Source of the DNA: a virus
Direction: 5' to 3' (one strand)
Length of the DNA stretch: 62,696 bases
Virus record (IMG/VR): IMGVR_UViG_3300045988_140792
Coordinates: 1-62,696 of that record
In this document: one piece after another, positions 7,794 to 16,947 of the stretch
Layout of the letters: each line of letters starts with the position of its first letter
Numbering within the stretch: position 1 is the first letter of the stretch
Notes under the pieces: model-generated
The model's database searches: none
Told to the model about the DNA's origin: nothing
Seen by the model: the letters and a program-made list of their open reading frames with translations, nothing else
Made by a program: the position numbers and the translations under genes

Positions 7794-10664
7794 ATGCAAC
7801 AATCAATCAGATACAAAGGTCTCAGCCTCACACCCGATGAAATGGCAGTAGAGAACGGTGCGCTATCCCTCTGTGGCAACCTAGAGCTGCACGATGGCGC
7901 ATTGCGCCCTGCCATCGTATCGGGCACACCTCTATCTCAGCCCCTCACCGTTAATGGTGAGGTGGCTAAGATATTGTATGTTCACGAAACAGGTAGTTAT
8001 CACCACCTCATAGCCATAGCCTCATCCTCCATTTATTGGTTCATGCAGGATGGCACGCTAGGCTCGTCCACCCCTATCAAGTCCTTCGACTACGAATCCA
8101 CCGTGCTTTCTATCGATTCCATCGGCAACACGCTCATCATTGTAGCTGCAGATGGGATTCACTATGCACTATGGGTGGATGGTGGCTATAAATATCTGCC
8201 ACAAAAGCCTCCATTCGTAGAAATCGCCTTTTCTATATCCGATGATTATCCAGAGAACTACAGTAATGGTGGAGTCGATGCAGAAGGAAGTGCAAATGGT
8301 TTTCTGGAAGCATTCCAGCAAACCACATACTCATGCAATGACGTTTTTGATAAGGTTAAAATATCGATGAATGAAATTTCTATCGGAAATGCTGAATGTC
8401 TCACAATTAAGGAAGACAAGCAATCGGACGTTACACAGAGCATCTATGCACTTGTCAATCGAACAAACAATCTTATTGCTCGTAAAGGTCGTTTTTATGC
8501 CAATTTCTTTGTAAGATATTGCTATAGAATGTTTGATGGTTCCATGATTATGCACTCATCGCCTGTATTCATCCCTGTACAGGTTCCAGATAGCTACATG
8601 GTGCTGTGTGCTAACGCATTTTCTTTAAATGTAACTGATGGTGTTATCAACACATCAGATGACTTTACCTTTCAACGCGAAGATGGAAAGAATAACACAT
8701 TCAAAGTACATATCACGAAGGCAGCATTTATTTATTATCCACGAAATGTAGATTTAAAATATACTATACTGGACGCAAAACGTGATGAACTTGAAGAATG
8801 GAAGGATGTCATCAAATCGGTAGATGTATTCATTACACCTCCTATTTCTAACGTTGACACATCTGAGAAAATTTCAAGTCTCAGAGTTGGACGAAAAAAT
8901 TATAAACTTGGGTATGGATTATTATCACTAACGTTTGTATCAAATAGCAACAAAATAGGAGACACTTCTGTGTATTTCCCATCACTTAGTGAAGATGCCT
9001 ATCGTAACAAATTAAAGAACACCTCTGCTTTCTACAAGGTCTGCTCGTTGAAACTATCAGATTTAGCAATTTGCTCAGCGAAGAAATTACCTGTTGACAA
9101 GAATGCAGTCTATCAGGTATCATTGCAGGAACAGATGAAGGATGATTATAAAACTCATAACTCGCTCTTCGCCCAAGGTGGTTATGTCTATAATCATCGT
9201 CTTAACCTGTATGGCATGAAAGAGACACTGTTTCAAGGATTCAATGGTAGTGTTATGCTACCTGGCCAATACATTCTTAAATACGATGATAGCACGGATA
9301 ACTTGAAGTATAGGTATAAAATCCAGAAAATTGTAGTTAGCCTCAACACCACTTCCGGAACGAAATATGTTGAAAGTAGCGACAGGTACTTCTCTCGTCA
9401 GGATATTGATGTCTTCATAATCAGCAATCTTGTCAAGTTCTATCCGGATTCCAGAGCTGATAAAATGGCTATCTTCTGCAAGGATTCTTCTGATAATGAC
9501 GTCATCTTCGTTTTCCCTCTTGAACAATGCGCTGAACTGAATGGAGCCATGCATATGGGAGATTTTACCGACAATTTCGAGCAATATAAGGTAGAGTCGT
9601 TTAATTATACGCTTGATGATGTAGTGGAACTGTCCAATAAGATTTACACCTCCGAGTCCGATAACGCCTTCTACTTCCCTCTGAACGGCATCAATACCGT
9701 GGGTATCGGCACCATCCTGGGCATAGCCTCAACCACAAGGGCACTCTCCCAAGGTCAGTTTGGTCAGTACCCTTTGATGGCTTTCTCCACCGATGGCATC
9801 TGGGCGATGGAAGTTTCTTCCCAAGGCACCTATAGCAGCATACACCCCATCAGTCGTGAGGTTTGCAGCAATCCGAAGTCCATCACTCAGCTAGACCAGT
9901 CCGTGCTCTTCGCCACCAATCGCTCCCTCAGTCGCATAGCTGAGTCACAAGTGGCTTCCATGTCCGATGTCTTGGATGGACCAGGCTTCAATATAGTGGG
10001 CAACCTTGGCAAGTTCCTCAACTTCTTCAATGATGCCGAAGGCGATGATGCCGCCACCAAGACCATCAAGGCACAGATGCGACAACTCATAGATCTCACC
10101 TCCTCGCCAATCGACTTCTTTCAGCGTTGCCAGGTTATCTACGATTACAAGAACTCTCGCATCTTCTGCCTAGATGTCAGCCAACTGTCCAAGGAAGCCT
10201 CAGCCGATACCGTAGCCCTCTGCTATTCCGTCAAGGATGAAGCCTGGAGCACCTTCCTCATCAAGAATGTGCTCACAGCCCTCAACTCCTACCCTCACCC
10301 ATACATTCAGTATCGAGACGGTAGCGTAATAGTTTTGGATAGCGGTTACGATTACGAGGATGATACCGAGTATCATGGCATCATAGTTACTCGTACCTTG
10401 AAGTTCGATGAGGAGAACGCTCCCGATGCCATCACAGGCTACATCCATTCCCTCACCTCTGGCACCGTGCCGGTCATGTGGCTGTATGGTAGCAACGATA
10501 ACCAAAATTGGCATTACCTAGGTCGCCTAGGTGGCATGAAGTCCAACTATATGTCCTCCCATAGCTATCGCTTCTTCCGCATAGCCCTCTATCTTAAGAT
10601 GAAGTCAATGAATCAGTACTTTGCCACTCGCCTCGAAGTTATCAGGCGTTTCAACAAGTTCTAG
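7794..10664 (+). CDS. Large (956 aa) virion/tail-associated protein candidate
   Basis: Long ORF behind a late-type promoter. The central part is AT-rich and mosaic. No enzymatic motif was recognised. Confidence 0.65.
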   Translation: MQQSIRYKGLSLTPDEMAVENGALSLCGNLELHDGALRPAIVSGTPLSQPLTVNGEVAKILYVHETGSYHHLIAIASSSIYWFMQDGTLGSSTPIKSFDYESTVLSIDSIGNTLIIVAADGIHYALWVDGGYKYLPQKPPFVEIAFSISDDYPENYSNGGVDAEGSANGFLEAFQQTTYSCNDVFDKVKISMNEISIGNAECLTIKEDKQSDVTQSIYALVNRTNNLIARKGRFYANFFVRYCYRMFDGSMIMHSSPVFIPVQVPDSYMVLCANAFSLNVTDGVINTSDDFTFQREDGKNNTFKVHITKAAFIYYPRNVDLKYTILDAKRDELEEWKDVIKSVDVFITPPISNVDTSEKISSLRVGRKNYKLGYGLLSLTFVSNSNKIGDTSVYFPSLSEDAYRNKLKNTSAFYKVCSLKLSDLAICSAKKLPVDKNAVYQVSLQEQMKDDYKTHNSLFAQGGYVYNHRLNLYGMKETLFQGFNGSVMLPGQYILKYDDSTDNLKYRYKIQKIVVSLNTTSGTKYVESSDRYFSRQDIDVFIISNLVKFYPDSRADKMAIFCKDSSDNDVIFVFPLEQCAELNGAMHMGDFTDNFEQYKVESFNYTLDDVVELSNKIYTSESDNAFYFPLNGINTVGIGTILGIASTTRALSQGQFGQYPLMAFSTDGIWAMEVSSQGTYSSIHPISREVCSNPKSITQLDQSVLFATNRSLSRIAESQVASMSDVLDGPGFNIVGNLGKFLNFFNDAEGDDAATKTIKAQMRQLIDLTSSPIDFFQRCQVIYDYKNSRIFCLDVSQLSKEASADTVALCYSVKDEAWSTFLIKNVLTALNSYPHPYIQYRDGSVIVLDSGYDYEDDTEYHGIIVTRTLKFDEENAPDAITGYIHSLTSGTVPVMWLYGSNDNQNWHYLGRLGGMKSNYMSSHSYRFFRIALYLKMKSMNQYFATRLEVIRRFNKF

Positions 10665-10672
10665 AAAAAAAC

Positions 10673-10719
10673 AGAGCCTTCGCTTTTTCAGGAATCCATC
10701 CCGATTTAGCGAAGGCTCT
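10673..10719. terminator. Bidirectional terminator between convergent genes
   Basis: 11-bp inverted repeat AGAGCCTTCGC ... GCGAAGGCTCT. On the minus strand it is followed by a T7 run (A-run 10664..10671 on the plus strand). Confidence 0.6.
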
Positions 10720-10756
10720 TTCCATAAACACCCAAAATAATGAAGAAAAAGAATAG

Positions 10757-10789
10757 CCACCGTTCCAGGCGATTCTATCGCCTGTCCCC
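10757..10789 (+). terminator. Conserved stem-loop element, copy B (CAGGCGAT-TCT-ATCGCCTG)
   Basis: Stem at 10766..10773 / 10777..10784. Flanks CCACCGTTC and TCCCC are shared with copies A and C. Confidence 0.45.
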
Positions 10790-10798
10790 AATAGCCTC

Positions 10799-11437
10799 TT
10801 ACGTGAAGCTAGGTCTTCTCAGCGTATAGTTATCCCGGCTCAGCAAGTCGCTCTTGATGTTGTTGTAGTCTGCCGTTGCGCTTTCGCCATACGTTCCTGC
10901 CTTGTCGGCAAACTGGTCCATCAGGAATTGGCTCATCACGTAGTCCACGATGTAGCGGTGGCAATGGCTCTTCAAGGCATCCGTCACAGCCACGTTCCAG
11001 TTCGGAATCTCCAGGTTCAGCGTCACCGTCTCATAGATGTTTTCCTCCCTGTCCTTACCAGCCTTGTTTACGGTAGCGGTGGTTTCGCTCTCCTCACCAT
11101 CAATGGTGGTAGTCACAACCTCCGTCCACGTACCGTTTTTGTTGTCAGTATAGGCATACTTTCTTGTGCCCTTCACCAGTCGCTCCAAGTTGTTGTTGTC
11201 CTCCACTCTACCAGTGGTCAGATAACGCTGAGCTGCCAGCTTGATGTTACCGATGGCTTCCGTCACGGCACGATTGATGATACTGCGAGTCTCGTCACTG
11301 TCTGGGCTTTCGATGTTGGCTCTGATGTCCTTCTGGGCTTCGTCCACCATTCCCTGGCTCACTACATAGCATCTTGCAAGCACATCATTACATACCTGCT
11401 CCATGCCAAGATTCAATGTAATCAATTTTCTATCCAT
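10799..11437 (-). CDS. Hypothetical structural-block protein
   Basis: 212-aa ORF at the end of the minus-strand late block. Confidence 0.6.
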   Translation of the reverse strand: MDRKLITLNLGMEQVCNDVLARCYVVSQGMVDEAQKDIRANIESPDSDETRSIINRAVTEAIGNIKLAAQRYLTTGRVEDNNNLERLVKGTRKYAYTDNKNGTWTEVVTTTIDGEESETTATVNKAGKDREENIYETVTLNLEIPNWNVAVTDALKSHCHRYIVDYVMSQFLMDQFADKAGTYGESATADYNNIKSDLLSRDNYTLRRPSFT

Positions 11438-11465
11438 AATTGCAATTATTTATATTGATGAAAAA

Positions 11466-12470
11466 TTATCTTAGTTCGTAAGGTGGTCTGCCTCCGCTCC
11501 AGTCCACATAGTCTTGGTGGAAATGCTGCGAAACAAAATCAGGATTTCGCTCAGAGCCTTTCAGTCCTCTCCGCTCATCCTTTACCTCGTCCTCATTTCG
11601 AGCCTCAGCATCCAATGTATTGCCATTCTTGACCGCTCCATCGGTACCTCTAGCCTCAGCGTTCAGAGCATTTTGAGTTTTGCCCTCATCATCCTCACCT
11701 CTCGCTATAGTACCAGGAGAAGCAACGTTCTTGCCTACATTGTCCGAAGTTCTGGTTTCAGCAGATTGGGCATTCATCTGTTTATCAGAATCATCCTCCA
11801 CTCTCATTGAAGTAGAAGAACGATTGCTGTCCTTTCCTGCTTCATCTTCTTTTCTCTCGGAAGCAGAAAAGGATGAAGCATTCTTTGCAACACCATCCAC
11901 AGCCCTTCTCTCTGTAGGCGAAAAATTGCTATTCTTTTCAACTCCATCCCCTACTCTAGCAACAGCATCCACAGCCGAAGAACCATCTTTCACGGTATCG
12001 TCAGCAGTTCTTTCAGCCTCAGCAAAGCTAAAGTCCTTCTTTAGCAAAACCTCCTTGATGGCTTCTAGGTCGCTCGCTCCCATGCTAGCATAGTCCGTAT
12101 GGTTCATGTCTGGGAAGTCACTCAGCCATCCGGCAAGGATAGCATGTACCAGATAGTTTTGTATTTGGTTGGTCAGCACACCGCTTAATCTAGGTGGCCA
12201 AGATGCCAAGGTTTTGATGGTGATTGTGAAATCATCAGCCAGTGCCTGTAGGTCAAACTGCTGTGTGGTCGAAGAAGAAAACCTAGCCAAGAAGTTCTCT
12301 AGGTCGGTTATTGCTTCCCTGTAGTAGATGTCCAACTTCGCCTCCTCGCCATCACTCGCCCAGACGGTCTGAAAGTCCACCTCTGGGTTATGCTGCGCAA
12401 TGGTGGCTGATAGTCCCTCTACCACGCCCATCACGCTCTTCTTCACTATTTTTATCGTTATTGTCTTCAT
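11466..12470 (-). CDS. Hypothetical protein with about 9 tandem 16-17-aa repeats in its C-terminal half
   Basis: Repeat consensus is [AE]R..D...K[ND]......[ES], for example ARVGDGVEKNSNFSPT / ERRAVDGVAKNASSFSAS / ARGTDGAVKNGNTLDAE. Confidence 0.65.
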   Translation of the reverse strand: MKTITIKIVKKSVMGVVEGLSATIAQHNPEVDFQTVWASDGEEAKLDIYYREAITDLENFLARFSSSTTQQFDLQALADDFTITIKTLASWPPRLSGVLTNQIQNYLVHAILAGWLSDFPDMNHTDYASMGASDLEAIKEVLLKKDFSFAEAERTADDTVKDGSSAVDAVARVGDGVEKNSNFSPTERRAVDGVAKNASSFSASERKEDEAGKDSNRSSTSMRVEDDSDKQMNAQSAETRTSDNVGKNVASPGTIARGEDDEGKTQNALNAEARGTDGAVKNGNTLDAEARNEDEVKDERRGLKGSERNPDFVSQHFHQDYVDWSGGRPPYELR

Positions 12471-12474
12471 ACGC

Positions 12475-13044
12475 TCATTTCTTTCTGTGCCATAGCCAAA
12501 TCAACAAACCAATCACTGCTACTACAAGGGTCCAAATCATCTTGGCGGTATACTTCCCCAGGGTGATATACTTTTGCTCTGTCTTGGTCAGTTCTCGGCT
12601 TAACACCTGTATGGAGTCCTGCTTTAACCGAATCAAGCTATCCTTCTGCACTATCAAGAATTGGTATTTATCCACCTCCTTGCTCATGGTGAAGATGGAA
12701 TCCTGTAGCTTCATCACCTCCTTAGTGTCCCTGTTGGTTACTGTAGAGTGCCAGCTTTCCGTTTTGATAGGCTTTCCGTTCTGGTCTACCGTGGTCGAAG
12801 TACTATCCTTTGTATGAGTTGTCTCCTTGGTCGAAGTCTCATGCTCCCGGTTACGGTATGTAGCCATCTGCTCGAAGGCAGATATAAACCGCTCCTGCCA
12901 ACTGGCATCCAAACCCTTGCTCACGGTGTTGTCTGTGATATAGTGCTCCTGCGTCACAGTCTTCGTCTTACAACTCGTCAGAAACAACATTGAGAAATAT
13001 GCTATCCAAACGAACAGATAGATAATTAAATGTTTCGATTTCAT
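12475..13044 (-). CDS. Unimolecular spanin (u-spanin) candidate
   Basis: N-terminal lipoprotein signal with lipobox LTSC (MKSKHLIIYLFVWIAYFSMLFLTSC) and a C-terminal transmembrane helix (MIWTLVVAVIGLLIWLW-HRKK). Lies immediately downstream of the endolysin. Confidence 0.55.
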   Translation of the reverse strand: MKSKHLIIYLFVWIAYFSMLFLTSCKTKTVTQEHYITDNTVSKGLDASWQERFISAFEQMATYRNREHETSTKETTHTKDSTSTTVDQNGKPIKTESWHSTVTNRDTKEVMKLQDSIFTMSKEVDKYQFLIVQKDSLIRLKQDSIQVLSRELTKTEQKYITLGKYTAKMIWTLVVAVIGLLIWLWHRKK

Positions 13045-13056
13045 AAGCTATTCTGT

Positions 13057-13602
13057 TTATAAGGCAACCATAGCCCTGGCAAGATACTTCTTTCTGCTAA
13101 CCAGTCCGTTTGTGCCTCCATTTATCTTTTTCGTAATTTTCAACACATTATCCGCATCAGCCAGTTCGTTCAGCCCATGCGCCTCCCAGAACCACATCGA
13201 TACGTCAACGCAAAGTTCCGGCTGTTCCAGCAACTCCGGATGCTCCAACACAGGCTGCATACTGTAGACCTGGAATATTGAGTAGTTACTTCGGCCGGTC
13301 AACTGGATGAAGCCTCTGCCCTTATACTTGGCACCATCGCCCTCATGCGTGTTGCCGAGCATCTTTCCAAGTGATCCCTTCTCATACTTCGTGAAATAAG
13401 AGTTCCTTCCTAGTTCATGGGTATAAAGAAGTTCACCGCTTTCATGCGCTATCTGGGCAAGGAAGTGCGCCCATCGTAATTTTGTATTGATGTGATACTT
13501 ATCTGCCAATTCGTTGAAATAAGGCAAATATTTATCTACCCTATTTTTCGCATTCGGCATAATCTTCAGTATCTGCTCCTTAGTTATTTCCTTCATTTCC
13601 AT
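13057..13602 (-). CDS. Endolysin, glycoside hydrolase family 19 (chitinase-like)
   Basis: RWAHFLAQIAHESGEL...YKGRGFIQLTGRSNY is the GH19-type lysin signature. The likely start is MEMKE at 13602; the tracked ORF extends to 13665. Confidence 0.8.
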   Translation of the reverse strand: MEMKEITKEQILKIMPNAKNRVDKYLPYFNELADKYHINTKLRWAHFLAQIAHESGELLYTHELGRNSYFTKYEKGSLGKMLGNTHEGDGAKYKGRGFIQLTGRSNYSIFQVYSMQPVLEHPELLEQPELCVDVSMWFWEAHGLNELADADNVLKITKKINGGTNGLVSRKKYLARAMVAL

Positions 13603-14071
13603 TTTCTTTATTGTTTTTATATTCTTGGTATTTCTTGAACATCGGAAACTTCTCCACAAATCCAAGTGTCAGCGCATAATAAACATAGTCCACAAGTTTA
13701 TACCAGGGCGTATCAGGCACTAGCATCCTCCTCAGATTCTTCAAGATGTTTGTAGTGAAGAAATAGGTCGCGGCTATGCACACCCACTTCACGCAAAACA
13801 GAGCCTCAGCATCCGAATGCAAGAAGTGACCGATGATAAACAGTGCAGCCACCGTCACGAAAAACACCGCACAGCAAACGAAGAACATGCCGAATTTCTT
13901 CCAGCTCCATTCCTCACCATTAAACACCGCTGCCACGATGCCAAACACAAGGTTCAGCCCGAACAATACCATCATGGCAATCATAAAATCTCTGATGGGT
14001 ACTAGCAGACTCAGAAAAGTCCATATCGTCCCAATTAAGTAACCTCGAATATCATTCATTTTCTTTTCCAT
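13580..14071 (-). CDS. Holin candidate (multi-pass membrane protein)
   Basis: 163 aa with 3-4 hydrophobic helices. Directly upstream of the endolysin and overlapping it. First gene after the promoter at 14104..14151. Confidence 0.65.
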   Translation of the reverse strand: MEKKMNDIRGYLIGTIWTFLSLLVPIRDFMIAMMVLFGLNLVFGIVAAVFNGEEWSWKKFGMFFVCCAVFFVTVAALFIIGHFLHSDAEALFCVKWVCIAATYFFTTNILKNLRRMLVPDTPWYKLVDYVYYALTLGFVEKFPMFKKYQEYKNNKENGNEGNN

Positions 14072-14103
14072 TTATCCGTCCCCACTCCGTTATGGAAACG
14101 ATG

Positions 14104-14151
14104 CAAATTTAAGCCATCATTCCCGATTCTCAGTGATAAGTTGCGCAACTT
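14104..14151 (-). promoter_or_regulatory. Late-type promoter (minus strand): AAGTTGCGCAACTTATCAC - N21 - TAAATTTG
   Basis: Palindrome at 14138..14151, -7 box at 14104..14111, gene start at 14071. Confidence 0.6.
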
Positions 14152-14296
14152 CATACGAAAAAAAGAGAACACAAGCCCTTTTTCCTTAGCCTGCATTCTC
14201 TTCTTCTGATAGTTTTCTTTTATATATCTCTAGGTGTTATGGAATCATTTCTAGAAGAGCAAATTGATTCTTCACTCTTCGTTCTTCACTCTTCAC

Positions 14297-14794
14297 TTAG
14301 TTAAAGTACCCCCAAGCCTTACAATGCCCATAAGGGTTATCATCGTCTCTCAGCCAGTTCACAGCCAAGTCCACCATTTTGTCCATCAGCTGCTCCTCGC
14401 TATCATCGGCAAACCATTTCTTCAACAGGTTGTAGTTGTCCGAATATACCATGTTCAGCACCACGGCAAAGTCCCATTGGTTGTAAGGGCGAATCTCGTC
14501 CTTCACCGTCTCATATATTTCCTGCGTCTTCGCCATGGTATAGTAAGGAGCACGATGCTCCACCTCCTTATCATCCTCAAAAACCATCTTCTTAATTTGA
14601 GCCTCAGCGAAGAAGTCATTGAAGTGTCCGTTGCCCACTACCCCATAGATTTCCTTATACAGCAGCAAGAGGTCTTCATCCGTTGCGTGCATAGCCACGA
14701 ATTTGCCGATTATCTTTGTCACCTGCACCATCTGCTCAGGTGTGGCATCGCTCTGATATTTTGTGATAAGTTCTACTAAGTTCATATCATTCAT
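14297..14794 (-). CDS. Hypothetical protein
   Basis: The likely start MNDMNLVE at 14794 overlaps the upstream stop (ATGAATGA). The tracked ORF extends to 14914. Confidence 0.6.
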   Translation of the reverse strand: MNDMNLVELITKYQSDATPEQMVQVTKIIGKFVAMHATDEDLLLLYKEIYGVVGNGHFNDFFAEAQIKKMVFEDDKEVEHRAPYYTMAKTQEIYETVKDEIRPYNQWDFAVVLNMVYSDNYNLLKKWFADDSEEQLMDKMVDLAVNWLRDDDNPYGHCKAWGYFN

Positions 14795-15278
14795 TCTTTT
14801 GTGATTTGACGAATTTGAAAATCTCATCCAGCTTGCTTTCCATCTGGTTGAGCCTTTCGTTTGTTTTCTGTTGGTCACGAAACGTTGTGTCCAATTCCGA
14901 GAGGAGATTATCACAGTCCTTTACGGTCTGCTCAAAATCAGGCATCTTTCTTAGGATGTCGTTAGCTTGGTTCTTCAATGCGTTCACCTCGTTAATGATG
15001 TTCTCCTTGCTACAGGAGATTACCAGGGTGTCGCTGTATGCTGTTTGCTCAGTATCTACCACCGAATAGATGGACTGCTTGCCATCCTCGGTTTGCACAT
15101 TCACCTTCACGTTCCTCGCCCCATAGTTCGGCATTCCCGGCATAGCAGCCATTACGTTCTGCTTGCCATTCTCAAAGTCAGGGCATGGATTGCTCGTCAC
15201 CTTGCCTTGCTTAAATTTTCTGCTGGCTCTATCAAATAGATAGATTGGAAATCCAGCCTTCAAGTCTCTGAATATCAT
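14787..15278 (-). CDS. Hypothetical protein (C-terminal coiled coil)
   Basis: 163-aa ORF in the late block. Confidence 0.6.
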   Translation of the reverse strand: MIFRDLKAGFPIYLFDRASRKFKQGKVTSNPCPDFENGKQNVMAAMPGMPNYGARNVKVNVQTEDGKQSIYSVVDTEQTAYSDTLVISCSKENIINEVNALKNQANDILRKMPDFEQTVKDCDNLLSELDTTFRDQQKTNERLNQMESKLDEIFKFVKSQKNE

Positions 15279-15355
15279 AATCGTATCTTTTTAAATGGAT
15301 AATGCGAGGGAAACGATGGCTAACAAACCATCCACCATTTCCCCCTATAATGATA

Positions 15356-15799
15356 CTAAGCAGTAGTCAATGCTACGGTTAGACTGTCAAATATGCTCAG
15401 GCCTCTAGCCTTTCCGCATACCACATCGTTTGCCTTTTGCGTTCTGCCTACGCTGGTGATGGTCACAGCCGTTGGTAGGGCTGTCTGCCCTTGGAAGGCT
15501 GCAATCCATTTTTCCGTGTAAATCAATGGCTGTGCTCTCATCACGTTTCTGCTGCCCACTACAGGCGAAATGATGCTGATAGTCGCCACGATAGGCACGA
15601 ATACCGTTGTACCGTTCAGGATAGGCTGCTCATAACTGTAGGTTATGCTAGCCTGTGGCTGCACGTTGCCGTTCACGCAATAAGGTCTGCAAAGCTTCTC
15701 ATTGTAAGTAGCTAAGACTGAAACTTGGTTGGCTACCAATGCTGTAGTAGCCAAGCCCACTGGAGAAATCTTGTTCATACCACTACGCTTCTGTTTCAT
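15356..15799 (-). CDS. Hypothetical structural protein
   Basis: 147-aa ORF with a beta-rich composition. Confidence 0.55.
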   Translation of the reverse strand: MKQKRSGMNKISPVGLATTALVANQVSVLATYNEKLCRPYCVNGNVQPQASITYSYEQPILNGTTVFVPIVATISIISPVVGSRNVMRAQPLIYTEKWIAAFQGQTALPTAVTITSVGRTQKANDVVCGKARGLSIFDSLTVALTTA

Positions 15800-15812
15800 T
15801 CTTTACTCTTTT

Positions 15813-16679
15813 TTACTGATAGCCACCTGCTACACCTGCGCCACATCCGCAACCGCCATTCATCAGATTGGCAAGGTAGATGTTCTGCTGCAACTGAGAG
15901 TTCTTAAACTTCAAGTCCTGAATCTCGTTTGCTTGCTCCTGGCTCCAATGACCGGTCAAGGTATCGATGATACGCTGGGTGTTGTTCTCACCTGCACGGA
16001 TGACGTCACACTTGTCTTGCTGCATCTGGAAACCGAGATTCGAAGCAGCTCTTTCTATACCTGTGTTGGTATAGTTAAAGCCCTGCTGCATCTGGTTAAC
16101 GATGTCCTTCTGACCAAGCTGGTTGTCGTAACCCATCTTGATGATGTTCTGCTGGGTCTGGCAGCAGCAATCCTTCAATGCTATGGTCATCTGCAAGTTA
16201 CCCTGCGAGATAGCGTTAATCACTCGCTCTGCCGAGAATCCTACCTGACCACCAAGCTGCTGGATGCCAGCCTGGATGCCACAGATAGAGTTCTGCAAGG
16301 CGTTGAAGTCACAGTTCAGATTGCTTGCCAACATCTTAAGGTCGTTACCATTACCCTGGATGGCACCCATCAGCAAGTTGCTGTTCTGGTTATCTGCCAT
16401 CTGGTTGCGCAAACTCTCGATTTGACCCTGAATCTCTGCACGCTGCACATCTGCGCCATTGTCACGGTTGTTCCAGTCTGCACCATACATATAGCGCATC
16501 ATGCCCATCATCATCATGTAGGCAAATGGATTGTTCCACATGTCGGCATCGTCACGGTCACGCATCATAGCCGCCATTGCCAAAGGATTGTTGTTGTCAC
16601 GATTTGCCATCGCTCCAAGCAAACCACCCATCATTGCATCGTTGCAACAAGAGGTAGTCTTAATTACTTCTTCTGCCAT
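15813..16679 (-). CDS. Q/N/M/G-rich protein with Cys clusters
   Basis: 288 aa with runs such as MMMMGMMRYMYG, CCCQTQQN and a C-terminal GGCGCGAGVAGGYQ. Confidence 0.6.
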   Translation of the reverse strand: MAEEVIKTTSCCNDAMMGGLLGAMANRDNNNPLAMAAMMRDRDDADMWNNPFAYMMMMGMMRYMYGADWNNRDNGADVQRAEIQGQIESLRNQMADNQNSNLLMGAIQGNGNDLKMLASNLNCDFNALQNSICGIQAGIQQLGGQVGFSAERVINAISQGNLQMTIALKDCCCQTQQNIIKMGYDNQLGQKDIVNQMQQGFNYTNTGIERAASNLGFQMQQDKCDVIRAGENNTQRIIDTLTGHWSQEQANEIQDLKFKNSQLQQNIYLANLMNGGCGCGAGVAGGYQ

Positions 16680-16910
16680 AATTCCTAAAGAAATAAAAGT
16701 TGTACATTCTGTTTATACTCACATGTAACCGATTACGTGTGCAAAGTTAAGGAAAATAGGCTAAAGCAAAAATAACTCTGTCACAAAAACTTTTATTCTA
16801 TGAATATCAGCGTGTTAACGTGACATAAACCCATATCAAAACCATCGTATGTATATTTTCGCAAGAATATTGCGTATAATTTAAGGCAAAAATTGTGTGT
16901 TTTAGAGCAT

Positions 16911-16945
16911 AAAAAAGAGAGAAGCAATCTCTCGCCTCTCTCCTT
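16911..16945 (-). terminator. Rho-independent terminator candidate
   Basis: On the minus strand: GAGAGA-TTGCT-TCTCTC followed by T6, just after the stop of 16948..17322. Confidence 0.5.
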
Positions 16946-16947
16946 TC

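Noticed and set aside
14264-14779. A 171-aa plus-strand ORF.
   Set aside because: It is entirely antisense to the better-supported minus-strand gene 14297..14794, which is translationally coupled to its upstream neighbour.
15729-16688. A 319-aa plus-strand ORF opposite the Q/N/M-rich gene.
   Set aside because: It is antisense to a gene that fits the operon structure. The translation is H/V/L/T-rich nonsense, and openness is explained by the biased codon content of the sense strand.
16811-16828. A shared motif, TGTCACGTT(T)AAC, between 16811..16828 (reverse strand) and 55362..55380 next to the integrase gene, considered as possible integrase arm sites.
   Set aside because: Only about 9-12 nt are shared. 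A match of that length is expected by chance about once in a 62-kb genome read on both strands, and no further copies were seen.
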